DNA from: Candidatus Poseidoniales archaeon
Lineage (GTDB): Archaea > Thermoplasmatota > Poseidoniia > Poseidoniales > Poseidoniaceae
Reading direction: 5' to 3'
Length of the DNA stretch: 64,000 nt
Assembly: GCA_038106355.1 (NCBI GenBank)
Contig: JAYODQ010000001.1
Location: 40,683 to 104,682 of the forward strand
Shown here piece by piece: positions 40,923 to 50,382 of the stretch. A program made the translations under genes and the position numbers. The notes beneath the pieces were generated by a model, which ran no database searches, was not told where the DNA came from, and saw nothing but the letters and a program-made list of their open reading frames with translations. Each line of letters begins with the position of its first letter. Positions within the stretch are counted from its first letter, which is position 1.

Positions 40923-41671
40923 AGATAATGTCAGACCAGATATACATCACCGATTCATTTGGGTTCAACTATGTTCTTATCAAACCTCATTCGTTTATGA
41001 TGGGTGATGCTTCAGGTAAGGATTTGAGAGCCTCCCCCTCGCATGAGGTTGAGATTACAGAACCTTTTTTTGTCGCAGAGACCCTCTGCACTCAAGGCCT
41101 TTGGAACGGACTTTTGCATGAGAATCCATCAAAACATCAATCAGATTTGAATTCATTTTTCCAACCAGTTGAGTCAGTCTCTTTTGATGAAGTAAAGAAG
41201 ATGATTGACTTTCGCAATCAAAGGGCTGAAGATTCAACATTTCTTGGTTTGAAAGGTGTTTGGCGATTGCCAAGTGAGGCAGAATGGGAATGCTTTGCGA
41301 GAGCTGGTACAACAGGATCTTGGAGTTTTGGTGATGATGAACATGAGTTGTCAACATACGGATGGTATGGAGCAAATTCAGGAGCGAAATTACACAAAGT
41401 CAAGGGGAAAAAGGCCAACCCTTGGAACCTCTTCGATATTCATGGTCTTGTTTCCGAATGGTGTGAAGACAAGTGGAACGACTCTTACAACACAAGAAGA
41501 ACTCAAATACCCTATCAAGCAAATTCGAATCAACGTGTCGTTCGAGGTGGTTCTTGGTTTACAGATGGCACTTCAACGACTTCCTTTCATCGCTCATATG
41601 CTCTTGAAACAAAGAAAAGTGATGGCATTGGTTTTCGATTCGTATGGGAACCAACGGAGGCAATGCAATGA
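40919..41671 (+). CDS. FGE-sulfatase (SUMF1-like) domain protein
   Basis: PVESVS, RLPSEAEWE..ARAG, NPWNLFDIHG.VSEW, RVVRGGSW, GFR. Confidence 0.92.
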   Translation: MKIMSDQIYITDSFGFNYVLIKPHSFMMGDASGKDLRASPSHEVEITEPFFVAETLCTQGLWNGLLHENPSKHQSDLNSFFQPVESVSFDEVKKMIDFRNQRAEDSTFLGLKGVWRLPSEAEWECFARAGTTGSWSFGDDEHELSTYGWYGANSGAKLHKVKGKKANPWNLFDIHGLVSEWCEDKWNDSYNTRRTQIPYQANSNQRVVRGGSWFTDGTSTTSFHRSYALETKKSDGIGFRFVWEPTEAMQ

Positions 41672-42018
41672 AACTATTTCACAATCCACGATGCTCCAAA
41701 TCACGAACTGCAATGCAATTTTTGACCAATCGGGACCTTGAGGTGGAGGTTGTTGCTTACCTTGAAGTCGGATTAAGTCTTGATGAAGCCCAATTGATTG
41801 TTCAAAATTACAAAGGAGAGTTTTCTGATTTACTGAGGAACAGTACTCAAATTGAGACAAAAAATCTTTCAAAGCAACAAAAAATTCAATTGTTGCTCGA
41901 ACATTTTGAACATCTTCAACGGCCACTTTTACTGACTCAAAATGATTGTGTTATCGGACGACCACTAGAAAATTTTTCTCAAATAAAGCGACTGTCAAGG
42001 TATTTCGCCGTCGAGTAA
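41668..42018 (+). CDS. ArsC/Spx-family thioredoxin-fold reductase
   Basis: HNPRCSKSR, LQRP, IGRP. Confidence 0.88.
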   Translation: MKLFHNPRCSKSRTAMQFLTNRDLEVEVVAYLEVGLSLDEAQLIVQNYKGEFSDLLRNSTQIETKNLSKQQKIQLLLEHFEHLQRPLLLTQNDCVIGRPLENFSQIKRLSRYFAVE

Positions 42019-42498
42019 TTGAGTCTCAAAAAAATCTTCGTCAACATTCGACAACGTTTGTCCTTTTGGCGTCAAGCCTGGGCCGACATTCCATTTCCCA
42101 TCAAGAGGGTCTTGAAGAACAAGCATCAAATTGAGTTTCATGAATTGAAGGATGGCTAATTCGGTTCGATGAAGAACTGGGCTGATCTCATCGTGAAATG
42201 TATCGTTCATCGTTTGACAAATTTCATTGAATGTTCTATGGCCATCGCATAACTCCCATACAATGCTGTTCATGTTGTCAAGGGGTCGTTTCAATTCTCT
42301 CGGTGCACGAAAAATTCGAGCAAGCATGCGTTCAAATCGGTTGAACTTTTTTTCGATGCGTAGAGTAATTCTCTTGCCAGAAACCCCTCGTGTTTGAGGT
42401 TGCTTACTAATTTCTCCGTGTCTCGCCCACCACACAGGGAGGCGACAAGGATATGTCCCTGCCATACGGTGTTCTTCAAGTCCCTCTAATTCGACCAT
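41995..42498 (-). CDS. PqqD-family (RRE-like) protein
   Basis: LDNMNSIVWELCDGHRTFNEIC, typical of the PqqD wHTH fold. Confidence 0.75.
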   Translation of the reverse strand: MVELEGLEEHRMAGTYPCRLPVWWARHGEISKQPQTRGVSGKRITLRIEKKFNRFERMLARIFRAPRELKRPLDNMNSIVWELCDGHRTFNEICQTMNDTFHDEISPVLHRTELAILQFMKLNLMLVLQDPLDGKWNVGPGLTPKGQTLSNVDEDFFETQLLDGEIP

Positions 42499-42506
42499 TC
42501 AATCAC

Positions 42507-42692
42507 CTAATACGAGGTAAATGTCCACCAGACAAGAAGCAGCATTGAAGTAACACCGGAGAGGGCCGTGAGCCTTGTGAGTTGAACCCGTTGCGTGAAA
42601 TTACGAAGATACCACGTCAAGACCCCAAACGCCGAAACCAAAAGTAAGAGCCCATACCAAAGTGGTGGAAACGTGTTCATCTCCTGAGCCAT
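42507..42692 (-). CDS. Small 2-TM membrane protein
   Basis: 61 aa with two hydrophobic helices; stop lies 8 nt before the PqqD-family start, which has a GGTGA SD. Confidence 0.65.
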   Translation of the reverse strand: MAQEMNTFPPLWYGLLLLVSAFGVLTWYLRNFTQRVQLTRLTALSGVTSMLLLVWWTFTSY

Positions 42693-42726
42693 GGTGGTGC
42701 TAAAAGCCAGTGAACTTAGTGTTTAT

Positions 42727-45700
42727 TCATAGTGTTCCATCAAGGTATTGTTGCCCGTAATAGTGCCATTGCTCCATTGTCCACCCAACTGGCAATCCCC
42801 CCTCTGGTAACGGGGGTCCTGATTGAACCACTGGTTCAGTAGAAACAGTTGATTCAACATTGAACTGTGGTGTCTGTGGATGTTGAGTTTCATGTTGAGT
42901 TTGCATTGATGTTTCCAAAGTTGCCTGAATTTCGCTAATTGGGGGGCCGCTCTGTTGAACAGGAGCGATTTCTTCTTCGATTTCTTCGAGCACACTTCTG
43001 CGACGTAATATGAAGAGCAAACTTACCAAAAGCAAGACACCTCCACCTCCAAAGATTGCAATTTGCTGCGTGCTCATGCCGTCATCGATTGGCTCCTGCT
43101 CAAATATCATTGAAACGGTGAACGATTGCGATTTGGAAAGATCTTCCGTGTAAACTTCGATAACAATGTCTCCCTCTAGAATTCCCCCGAATCGGCGAGC
43201 TTCACATTCAACCGTTTGTCTTTGTTCAATCGACATACCCGGCTGAAGAGAAAATTGTAGCGGTTCAGTATCATACAGAACTTTTTGACAGAGGATTTGC
43301 CAGCTTTCTGGATGTTCGATGGCTACAAAAATTACCTCGGGTTGTGATGAAGTGCTTGAAATATTTACATAGAATGGCGATGCCAAATTATACTCAATCT
43401 TCTCTGTTGAAACTTGTGAAGTGCCGAAGTTAAGCGTTCTTTTTTTCGTGACCATCATCATTGCTTCGGTTTCCATAGTGTATGGTAGTCCATTTTCGTC
43501 CAATGCCCCCATGATTTCATAGGTAATAACGATACGAGAATTCAACGAAAGATCATCTGGTAACAAAAGTTCAGTACGCAACACAATTTCTTCCGATGGA
43601 AGCAACTGAAGTTGCACGTTTTGGTTGAGTTGCCTATCTCCTCCATTGACGGTGAAAAATGCTACGATATCTGCATTTGGAGGGTGGACAGATAGACTGG
43701 CTTTTACTGAAAGTCTATCGTCCACTGCGTTTCCTAAATTTGTCAAAATTGATTCTGCAAATCCGGACCCTCCGCTCTCAACTTCTGTTGATTGATTCCC
43801 AAGCGTTAGCATCGGAATGCGTATTGAGCTTGTGATAATGGTAAATTCAATGGCGTTATTTTCAGTGTTGAGGTCTTGACCATTTATCGTTTGAGCTACA
43901 ACTTCAATGGTGTGAAATTCCCCTGCTCCTTCCTTGTTCGGCAAGAACATCCAAACTGATATGGTAAGAATATCTTCGAGGTCATAAGGTGCACTCAATT
44001 CAATGTTGTCTTGAATGAGAGTTCCATGTTCATCCACAATCCACCATTCCCAGGTCTCAGGTAACTCAGGAAAAGAAATGTTCACGTCCGACTGGCCATT
44101 GCCGAGGTTTGATAATTCAAGTAGAATTTCGTTTGCTTGACCAGGAGTAAGTTTCTGAGGTATGTTAACTTCTTCAAGTTGTACATCGTAAAATGTATTG
44201 ACGCGAAAGCGGTCAAATTCTGAACCCCGAATTTCCATAAAACTTCGTTGAGATTGAATAATTGGGGTGATGATTGGCCCTCTATCTCCGCCTTGTGCAT
44301 TTTCTGGAACATCGATGACAATATCGAAGGTTGTTGAGGTTCCTGAATTAAGTACAGCATTTGTCCTTGTTGGTTGATGGACAACCCACTGGCCAGCATC
44401 GACAGTTTCAACAGACATGTCAAAGATATCTTGTCGACTTGCATTATTCCAAATTGTAAAGGAAAGTGTAAATGAGTCACCGGGATCAACAAAATGTAGT
44501 CCGCCGGCAAAGGTTGGTGAAACATCAACGCTTGCATCACTGAGCATCGATGCTGAAACACCAACACTCGATGTGATTGACCTTCTTGTGTCGTTTTGTG
44601 CTGTGATTGTGAATTCGAATTCTGACATTGTATCAGGTAAAGCATCGATTGGAATTGAGAGAATAAATCCAATGTTTAGAGGTTGATTTGGACGTAACAA
44701 TACACTCGTTGCCTGATTCCAGTCAAATTGCACATTCCAATTTGAGGGGAGTTGTGTGGCATCTATACTCATATCAAAGACATCAGTTGCAGCACCAATA
44801 TTTTCAACTCTCACTTCAAATGGACATGAATAGGTGGGGGGGCAACTTGGTTTTGGAGATGCGGGATGTATCACAGGAATTCTATCTGCAAGAACTTGAT
44901 ATTGCAAATTCACATTTGTCGTGATCGATGGATATAATTCCGAATACAGTTTGAGTTGCATCGGATGGAATCCAATGGAAGTATTTGGGCCAGGTTTGAA
45001 CTTCACATCGAACAGATGAGGTTGTCCAGGCGTTACTATGACGCCGTCGAGTGGGTCGAAACTGGTTCCGGTCGTTCTTGAATAATACACTTCCCAATCC
45101 TGTGGCAAATTCAATATTTCTGGTATGAACGTTTCAGATATATTTCCTGTATTTGTGACTTCAATTCGAATGCTACCCCACTCATTAGGCAATGACGGAA
45201 CACTTGATTTTCCTTGACCTGAAACTCCATATTCGGATTGCCTAACTTTTTGGTCGTACAGAACGATGATTTCATCAAACCAAAACCCGATATCATTTCC
45301 ACTAACATCACTTTGGAATAAAAATCGAAATTGAGAATTCTGATGGAAATATTGTGAGTTTATGGGTACAATGGGTGATGCAGCACCTTTGTCAGCGAGG
45401 CTAAAAGTGAGCCAATTTGCACCGTCAAGAAATGTGCTATCAACAGTTCCTTGAAGTGTTCCAAGGTCATTCCAAGCACCGAGTGAACTCAAAGCTTGCA
45501 TTTTTATGGTATCATTGGGAGCAAGGCTTCCTGTGTAGTAGAAGGAGATTCCATTGGTTCGAAGTGGATTCGGATGCGCATCCGAAAGGTCCATGGCAGG
45601 AAAAACAAGCGCACTTTGTAAATTGTTTGGATAGGTTGACGCTTCTCCGTTACCAATGTGGCATGCAGTTCCCATCGAAATGGAGGTATCTGAATTTAGA

Positions 45701-46293
45701 TTCCACGAGGAACCAGCAGTCCATCCAGTCAAGGTATCGCAATTGAAATATCGATAGGCGACAGTGAAAAATCGAGAAACATCATTGTTTGTTGGATCAT
45801 CATCAGTAATCGTTGGCGTGACAGTAATAGCAAGTGAATGATTTCCCGAATATGTCGGAGTCAATTTTACAGATGCTGTACTTTGTGAACCCCCCGATAT
45901 TTGGCTGATTTGAGTTGAAGCAGTTGCAATTTCAAAATATGAGTATTCATTGTGGAGTATTTTTGCAGATACGGTTACCACACCTGATGATGCAGTGCCT
46001 AGATTTTCGATGATGATATCAATTTGACTTTCGACATTCACTACGGCGTCAATGGCAAAAAGTGACTGTGGCCGGTTGAATCCTGCAATTGGATAATTTG
46101 ACGAAAACATTCGATATTTTGTTGAATTTGATGAATCAGGATAGAATATTGAGATGCCTGATACGGTCAGGTCTACACCAGTTGCACGGCCAGACGCTTG
46201 TTCGGCTTGAGGAATTTCCAATTGTTGCATAGGATGGGTCAATGGAAAAATCATCAAAATGCACAGAAGTATAGAAACGACCGCCCCCCTCAT
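42727..46293 (-). CDS. Large cell-surface protein with CARDB/Ig-like repeats, C-terminal TM and Pro/Trp-rich tail
   Basis: Signal peptide; repeated V.N.GN..D units; TM; tail GPPLPEGGLPVGWTMEQWHYYGQQYL. Confidence 0.82.
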   Translation of the reverse strand: MRGAVVSILLCILMIFPLTHPMQQLEIPQAEQASGRATGVDLTVSGISIFYPDSSNSTKYRMFSSNYPIAGFNRPQSLFAIDAVVNVESQIDIIIENLGTASSGVVTVSAKILHNEYSYFEIATASTQISQISGGSQSTASVKLTPTYSGNHSLAITVTPTITDDDPTNNDVSRFFTVAYRYFNCDTLTGWTAGSSWNLNSDTSISMGTACHIGNGEASTYPNNLQSALVFPAMDLSDAHPNPLRTNGISFYYTGSLAPNDTIKMQALSSLGAWNDLGTLQGTVDSTFLDGANWLTFSLADKGAASPIVPINSQYFHQNSQFRFLFQSDVSGNDIGFWFDEIIVLYDQKVRQSEYGVSGQGKSSVPSLPNEWGSIRIEVTNTGNISETFIPEILNLPQDWEVYYSRTTGTSFDPLDGVIVTPGQPHLFDVKFKPGPNTSIGFHPMQLKLYSELYPSITTNVNLQYQVLADRIPVIHPASPKPSCPPTYSCPFEVRVENIGAATDVFDMSIDATQLPSNWNVQFDWNQATSVLLRPNQPLNIGFILSIPIDALPDTMSEFEFTITAQNDTRRSITSSVGVSASMLSDASVDVSPTFAGGLHFVDPGDSFTLSFTIWNNASRQDIFDMSVETVDAGQWVVHQPTRTNAVLNSGTSTTFDIVIDVPENAQGGDRGPIITPIIQSQRSFMEIRGSEFDRFRVNTFYDVQLEEVNIPQKLTPGQANEILLELSNLGNGQSDVNISFPELPETWEWWIVDEHGTLIQDNIELSAPYDLEDILTISVWMFLPNKEGAGEFHTIEVVAQTINGQDLNTENNAIEFTIITSSIRIPMLTLGNQSTEVESGGSGFAESILTNLGNAVDDRLSVKASLSVHPPNADIVAFFTVNGGDRQLNQNVQLQLLPSEEIVLRTELLLPDDLSLNSRIVITYEIMGALDENGLPYTMETEAMMMVTKKRTLNFGTSQVSTEKIEYNLASPFYVNISSTSSQPEVIFVAIEHPESWQILCQKVLYDTEPLQFSLQPGMSIEQRQTVECEARRFGGILEGDIVIEVYTEDLSKSQSFTVSMIFEQEPIDDGMSTQQIAIFGGGGVLLLVSLLFILRRRSVLEEIEEEIAPVQQSGPPISEIQATLETSMQTQHETQHPQTPQFNVESTVSTEPVVQSGPPLPEGGLPVGWTMEQWHYYGQQYLDGTL

Positions 46294-46346
46294 TCCGCTC
46301 GTTTCGCCACAGCGATTCAAAGTATATATGAGAGATGTTCAGAAGT

Positions 46347-47201
46347 TTATTCCTCTTCTTCGTGATTTGAAGCAGATACAGATTCACTTACCTTCACCTG
46401 AGACAAGCGTACTTTTTCCTCATTCCTTTTTTCCTTGCTCCTGGCTGCGATGTACACTGTGAATGAGGGCACGAGGATCATTGCAAAACAGCCGATGACG
46501 GCCGCGAGTGCCCACAAAAATTCTGTAGCAGCATCGATGTGAAACAATGCAATAGTTCCAAATTCTTCATTGACTGTTGTGATTGAAATTGTTGGTTGGG
46601 TTGACCTGTTCCCAAATTCGATTACTTCAATCGTGTATATCGAAGGAGAATGAGTGTAGGTAATCAGTGCTCGCGCTTTAAGTTCTGCATCCTCAATAGA
46701 TGAAGCATGAACTGTTCCATTGGAGCGTCGAGCTGGGTCTGGGTCGGTGAGGGTTGCGATAAAGAGGGAATCTCCTTCTTCGAGTTGTTTTTCGTGAACA
46801 GTACTTTTTGAGCATTCGATTGAACACACAAAATCTTCACTTGGATTGCCAGATAAATGCACATTGATTCCGAGTGAGGGGTGACTGTAGGTTCCTGCTG
46901 AGTTCAAAACCCTCAATGTCGCAGACGATGACAACCCTTCAGCCGAAACATTCACCCATGTGAGATTCATTGGATTTGCAGGGATATACCAAGTCCAAGT
47001 GGTTTGGTTGAATTCTTGGTTGTAATATGTTTGGTTCGCATTGCCTTCATATGTTTCGACATTTGAATCGGTTTGGTACAGGTAATAGGACGGAGAGATG
47101 GTTGCCCCATAAACGGCGTAAGCCAGCAAAAAAACCAATGTAAACGATAGACCAAGAAGAGTTCTTAGAAGGTTGGGATTTTGTGCCAGAGCCTTCTTCA
47201 T
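46347..47201 (-). CDS. Hypothetical membrane protein (N- and C-terminal TM)
   Basis: ~284 aa; two TM segments flank an extracellular-like domain with N-x-S/T sequons. Confidence 0.68.
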   Translation of the reverse strand: MKKALAQNPNLLRTLLGLSFTLVFLLAYAVYGATISPSYYLYQTDSNVETYEGNANQTYYNQEFNQTTWTWYIPANPMNLTWVNVSAEGLSSSATLRVLNSAGTYSHPSLGINVHLSGNPSEDFVCSIECSKSTVHEKQLEEGDSLFIATLTDPDPARRSNGTVHASSIEDAELKARALITYTHSPSIYTIEVIEFGNRSTQPTISITTVNEEFGTIALFHIDAATEFLWALAAVIGCFAMILVPSFTVYIAARSKEKRNEEKVRLSQVKVSESVSASNHEEEE

Positions 47202-47335
47202 GATGATTGCGAACGAAACCATCTTCATCAAGTCTTGTATATCTCAAATCGAGAAACAGCATTGAAATTACACCTCAAACGATGCGTTGTTTTCATATAG
47301 GGGTGGAGGGTGGCCAACTTGCTCGGTGTGTATTT

Positions 47336-47833
47336 ATGACGACTGCGTATGATATTCCTGCGGATACTATGATTGCTGCATTAAGCACTGCACTCACAGA
47401 AAATGGCCATGTTTCGATGCCAGAATGGGCAGAACATGTCAAGACAGGTGCAAACAGGGAATTACCACCATCCCAACCGGATTGGTGGGCTACCCGCTGT
47501 GCTGCAATTCTTCGCAAAGTGTACCGCAATGGTCCGGTAGGTGTGACTCATCTATCCCAAGAATTCGGTGGAAAGAAGAACTACGGCTCCAAGCCTAACC
47601 GACCAGTCGCAGGATCTCGCCACATTATCAGAACCGCTCTCCAACAACTTGAATCTGCTGGCTTGGTTGAAAAAGTCGAAAGCAGACGCATTGAAGGTGA
47701 AGATGGTGACGACGATGTCCAACTCTACGCCGGTAGGGTCGTGACATCAACTGGACAATCCTTCGTCGATAACATCGCCCACGCAGTTCGTGGCGAGGTT
47801 GAAGAACAATACCCTGGTTTGAGCAAATACTGA
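47336..47833 (+). CDS. rps19e: 30S ribosomal protein S19e
   Basis: MTTAYDIPA, PEWAEHVKTG..RELPP, WW..R.AAILRKVY, IIRTALQQLE. Confidence 0.96.
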   Translation: MTTAYDIPADTMIAALSTALTENGHVSMPEWAEHVKTGANRELPPSQPDWWATRCAAILRKVYRNGPVGVTHLSQEFGGKKNYGSKPNRPVAGSRHIIRTALQQLESAGLVEKVESRRIEGEDGDDDVQLYAGRVVTSTGQSFVDNIAHAVRGEVEEQYPGLSKY

Positions 47834-47864
47834 ATTTGGTTGTGGAAAGGTGGAGGTGGTGTCG

Positions 47865-48218
47865 ATGACTCATGATCATGAACTCGACATGCTCCGGCAA
47901 CAACGAAGGGCAGAATTGCAACGAGAGATTCAACAACAAGTCCTAGAGCGAGAAGAACAAGAAGTTCAACGCCAACAAAAATTGGTGGCACAAGAACAAG
48001 TTGAAACTTTCATACGGCTTCATCTTTCATCAGAGGCAAAAACGCGCCTTACACAACTCACACTAGCCAACCTTGCGAAAGCTGAACAAATAAAAATTCA
48101 GTTGGTCAAACACATCCAAGAAGGAATGCTAACTAGTCCCGTGTCGGATGAACAGTTCAAATCGTTCCTTGAATCAATTTCCAAGAGCCGTAGAGATACG
48201 TCAATCCGAAGAATCTGA
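47865..48218 (+). CDS. PDCD5-like DNA-binding protein
   Basis: [23 protein letters not shown]; conserved position after rps19e. Confidence 0.88.
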   Translation: MTHDHELDMLRQQRRAELQREIQQQVLEREEQEVQRQQKLVAQEQVETFIRLHLSSEAKTRLTQLTLANLAKAEQIKIQLVKHIQEGMLTSPVSDEQFKSFLESISKSRRDTSIRRI

Positions 48219-48231
48219 GAAGGTGCTCAAA

Positions 48232-48387
48232 ATGTCAAGAAATAAACCAGCAGCAAAAAAAATACGATTGAATAAAGTTACCAAACAGAACCGACGTGTT
48301 CCGGTTTGGGTGATGTTAAAAACGAACAGAAACACGGTATCTCATCCCAAGAGACACCACTGGAGAAGGAGCAAACTCCAACGTTGA
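48232..48387 (+). CDS. rpl39e: 50S ribosomal protein L39e
   Basis: [14 protein letters not shown]...RHHWRRSKL. Confidence 0.96.
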   Translation: MSRNKPAAKKIRLNKVTKQNRRVPVWVMLKTNRNTVSHPKRHHWRRSKLQR

Positions 48388-48396
48388 GGTGATCAC

Positions 48397-48675
48397 ATGG
48401 CACGAGGTAAAGAATCGGAATTAACCGTTCCATTGCGAAGAGCTTGGAATATTACGAGGTTTAAGCGAGCTCCTAGAGCAATGCAAATCATTCGAGAAGA
48501 AGTCATTCGACATTGTAAAGTTCAAGAAGATGAAACCATTTACATTGATGAAAATGTGAACAAGCACATCTGGTCAAGAGGCATTGAAAACCCTCCACGA
48601 AAAATACGTCTGCTTTTAATTCGACACGATGTTCCTGATATGCCAGATGTCGAAGTTCGATTGTATGAGGAGTGA
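48397..48675 (+). CDS. rpl31e: 50S ribosomal protein L31e
   Basis: TVPLR, KRAPRAM, VN..IWSRGIENPP. Confidence 0.95.
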   Translation: MARGKESELTVPLRRAWNITRFKRAPRAMQIIREEVIRHCKVQEDETIYIDENVNKHIWSRGIENPPRKIRLLLIRHDVPDMPDVEVRLYEE

Positions 48676-48680
48676 TGAAG

Positions 48681-48872
48681 ATGGGAAATATTCGACCGAG
48701 TTTCATTAAAGTACGCGCTATTCGCCTTGTGGAAGAGCATGGTGACAAATTCACAGATGATTTTGAACACAACAAACATGTTGTTACACAATTGACAGAT
48801 GTTGAATCTAAAAAATTACGTAACTGGATTGCTGGTTATGTTACCCGATATCGTCAAAGAAGGACAGACTAA
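48681..48872 (+). CDS. rps17e: 30S ribosomal protein S17e
   Basis: MGNIRP..IK, FTDDFEHNK, SKKLRN.IAGYVT. Confidence 0.96.
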   Translation: MGNIRPSFIKVRAIRLVEEHGDKFTDDFEHNKHVVTQLTDVESKKLRNWIAGYVTRYRQRRTD

Positions 48873-48884
48873 GGTGGTCTATAT

Positions 48885-49109
48885 TTGGCGGTCCGAGTCG
48901 ATTGGGACCGTCAACCAGTTAGCATTCATGCGAATGAATCAAGTGAGTTGGAACAGCTTATCCAATTTCTTCGATTGAAGTACAATTGTCGCAAACACTC
49001 TGTCATCATGAGAGACCGAGAACAAGGCGAGGGGTACCTCTTCTTTGTGTATCAAAACATTGACCCTCGATGGATTGTAGCATTTGTCCAAGGGGAGGGG
49101 TCAAAATAG
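48885..49109 (+). CDS. Small hypothetical protein in ribosomal protein operon
   Basis: 74 aa; TTG start behind AAGGTGG SD, 12 nt after rps17e. Confidence 0.6.
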   Translation: MAVRVDWDRQPVSIHANESSELEQLIQFLRLKYNCRKHSVIMRDREQGEGYLFFVYQNIDPRWIVAFVQGEGSK

Positions 49110-49933
49110 GTGACCGACAGAAGATTCCATTACCTACGTCGACCTTCACTTTGAAGGTAATTTTAGTAGGTACGTCCATCCCGGGAAATGTCGGTGCCAT
49201 TTGTCGTTCGATGCTAAATTACGGATTTGATGAGCTTAGTTTTGTATCGCCGCAGTGCGATATCTATTCAGATGAAGCAAGAAACCGTGCTAAACATGCA
49301 CAATGTGTCCTTGACCAAGCAATAATCTACAACAATTTTGAAGATTCAGTCAAAGATTGTACCTTGGTTTTTGGTACTTCGGGTAAGCGTGAGGTTGGTG
49401 AAAAAACTTCGAAGCGTCATTTCTTATATCCGTGGGAATTTGAACAAAAAATTGCTTCGTATGTAGGCAAAGTAGCTTTGGTTTTTGGTGAAGAAGGTAA
49501 GGGACTTTCTACTGAAGATTTACTGCGGTGTGATGACCTCATAACTTTACCAACTTGGGAGGGGTATCCAGTTGCTAATTTGAGCCATGCAGTTCATGCT
49601 CTCCTTTACGAATTGCAACGTGGTCGAGTTTTATCCAATCTTGGAAAAGACCCTGGATTGCCCGAGATAGTTCCAATTGCACGAACTATTTCACCCGAGT
49701 TGAGGCAAATTTTGAATCAAAGTATCGATGAACTTGGCCATGCATTACCTGGGCTGGAGGAACGAGGAGAGTCTTTCTCATCTGTTCTGAAGAGGTCAAC
49801 ACATCGTTCACAGCCAACCGAAGATGAAGCTACAAGGCTCATTGGTGGATTTGTTGATGCAACAACTGCTCTTCAAAAAGTCAATGAAGATGAGAATTGG
49901 CTCAAAAAACGGAGACGTCGAGTCAACGATTAA
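49070..49933 (+). CDS. trmJ: SPOUT RNA 2'-O-methyltransferase, TrmJ/TrmH family
   Basis: PGNVGAICRSMLNYG, ALVFGEEGKGLS, YPVANLSHAV. Start uncertain. Confidence 0.85.
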   Translation: MDCSICPRGGVKIGDRQKIPLPTSTFTLKVILVGTSIPGNVGAICRSMLNYGFDELSFVSPQCDIYSDEARNRAKHAQCVLDQAIIYNNFEDSVKDCTLVFGTSGKREVGEKTSKRHFLYPWEFEQKIASYVGKVALVFGEEGKGLSTEDLLRCDDLITLPTWEGYPVANLSHAVHALLYELQRGRVLSNLGKDPGLPEIVPIARTISPELRQILNQSIDELGHALPGLEERGESFSSVLKRSTHRSQPTEDEATRLIGGFVDATTALQKVNEDENWLKKRRRRVND

Positions 49934-50382
49934 TTTGCATACCATGAGGCCGTGCTTTTTGGTGTTTCACGGCAATGCATAGCAACAAGGCGCAAAGTAT
50001 TTCCATACGCTGTTTCAATATGCGGTTCGACTTGTTCAAAAGCCCACTTTGCTAAATTTTCCGCAGTAGGGATGAAAGGAACCACTACGGTTCTGTGGTC
50101 AGATGGTAAGCTTTCAAGGAGGTTACGAAGACCAACATCGGATTCTGCCACGACAAATGCGTGGTCAATAACATCATGGATGTGCACCTGAAGAATCTTG
50201 GATACATCGCTAAAATCCATGAGCATTCCTTCTTCAGATACCCCTTTCATTGTAACTACATCACCCTCGATCTCAGCTTCAAATCGATATCTATGACCAT
50301 GGATGTGTTTGCATTTTGATTTGTGATTTGGCACACGGTGTCCTGTATCGGTTTCTACATATCGACGAATTCTTGTGGTCAT
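49930..50382 (-). CDS. queD: 6-carboxy-5,6,7,8-tetrahydropterin synthase
   Basis: GHR...[26 protein letters not shown]. Confidence 0.93.
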   Translation of the reverse strand: MTTRIRRYVETDTGHRVPNHKSKCKHIHGHRYRFEAEIEGDVVTMKGVSEEGMLMDFSDVSKILQVHIHDVIDHAFVVAESDVGLRNLLESLPSDHRTVVVPFIPTAENLAKWAFEQVEPHIETAYGNTLRLVAMHCRETPKSTASWYAN

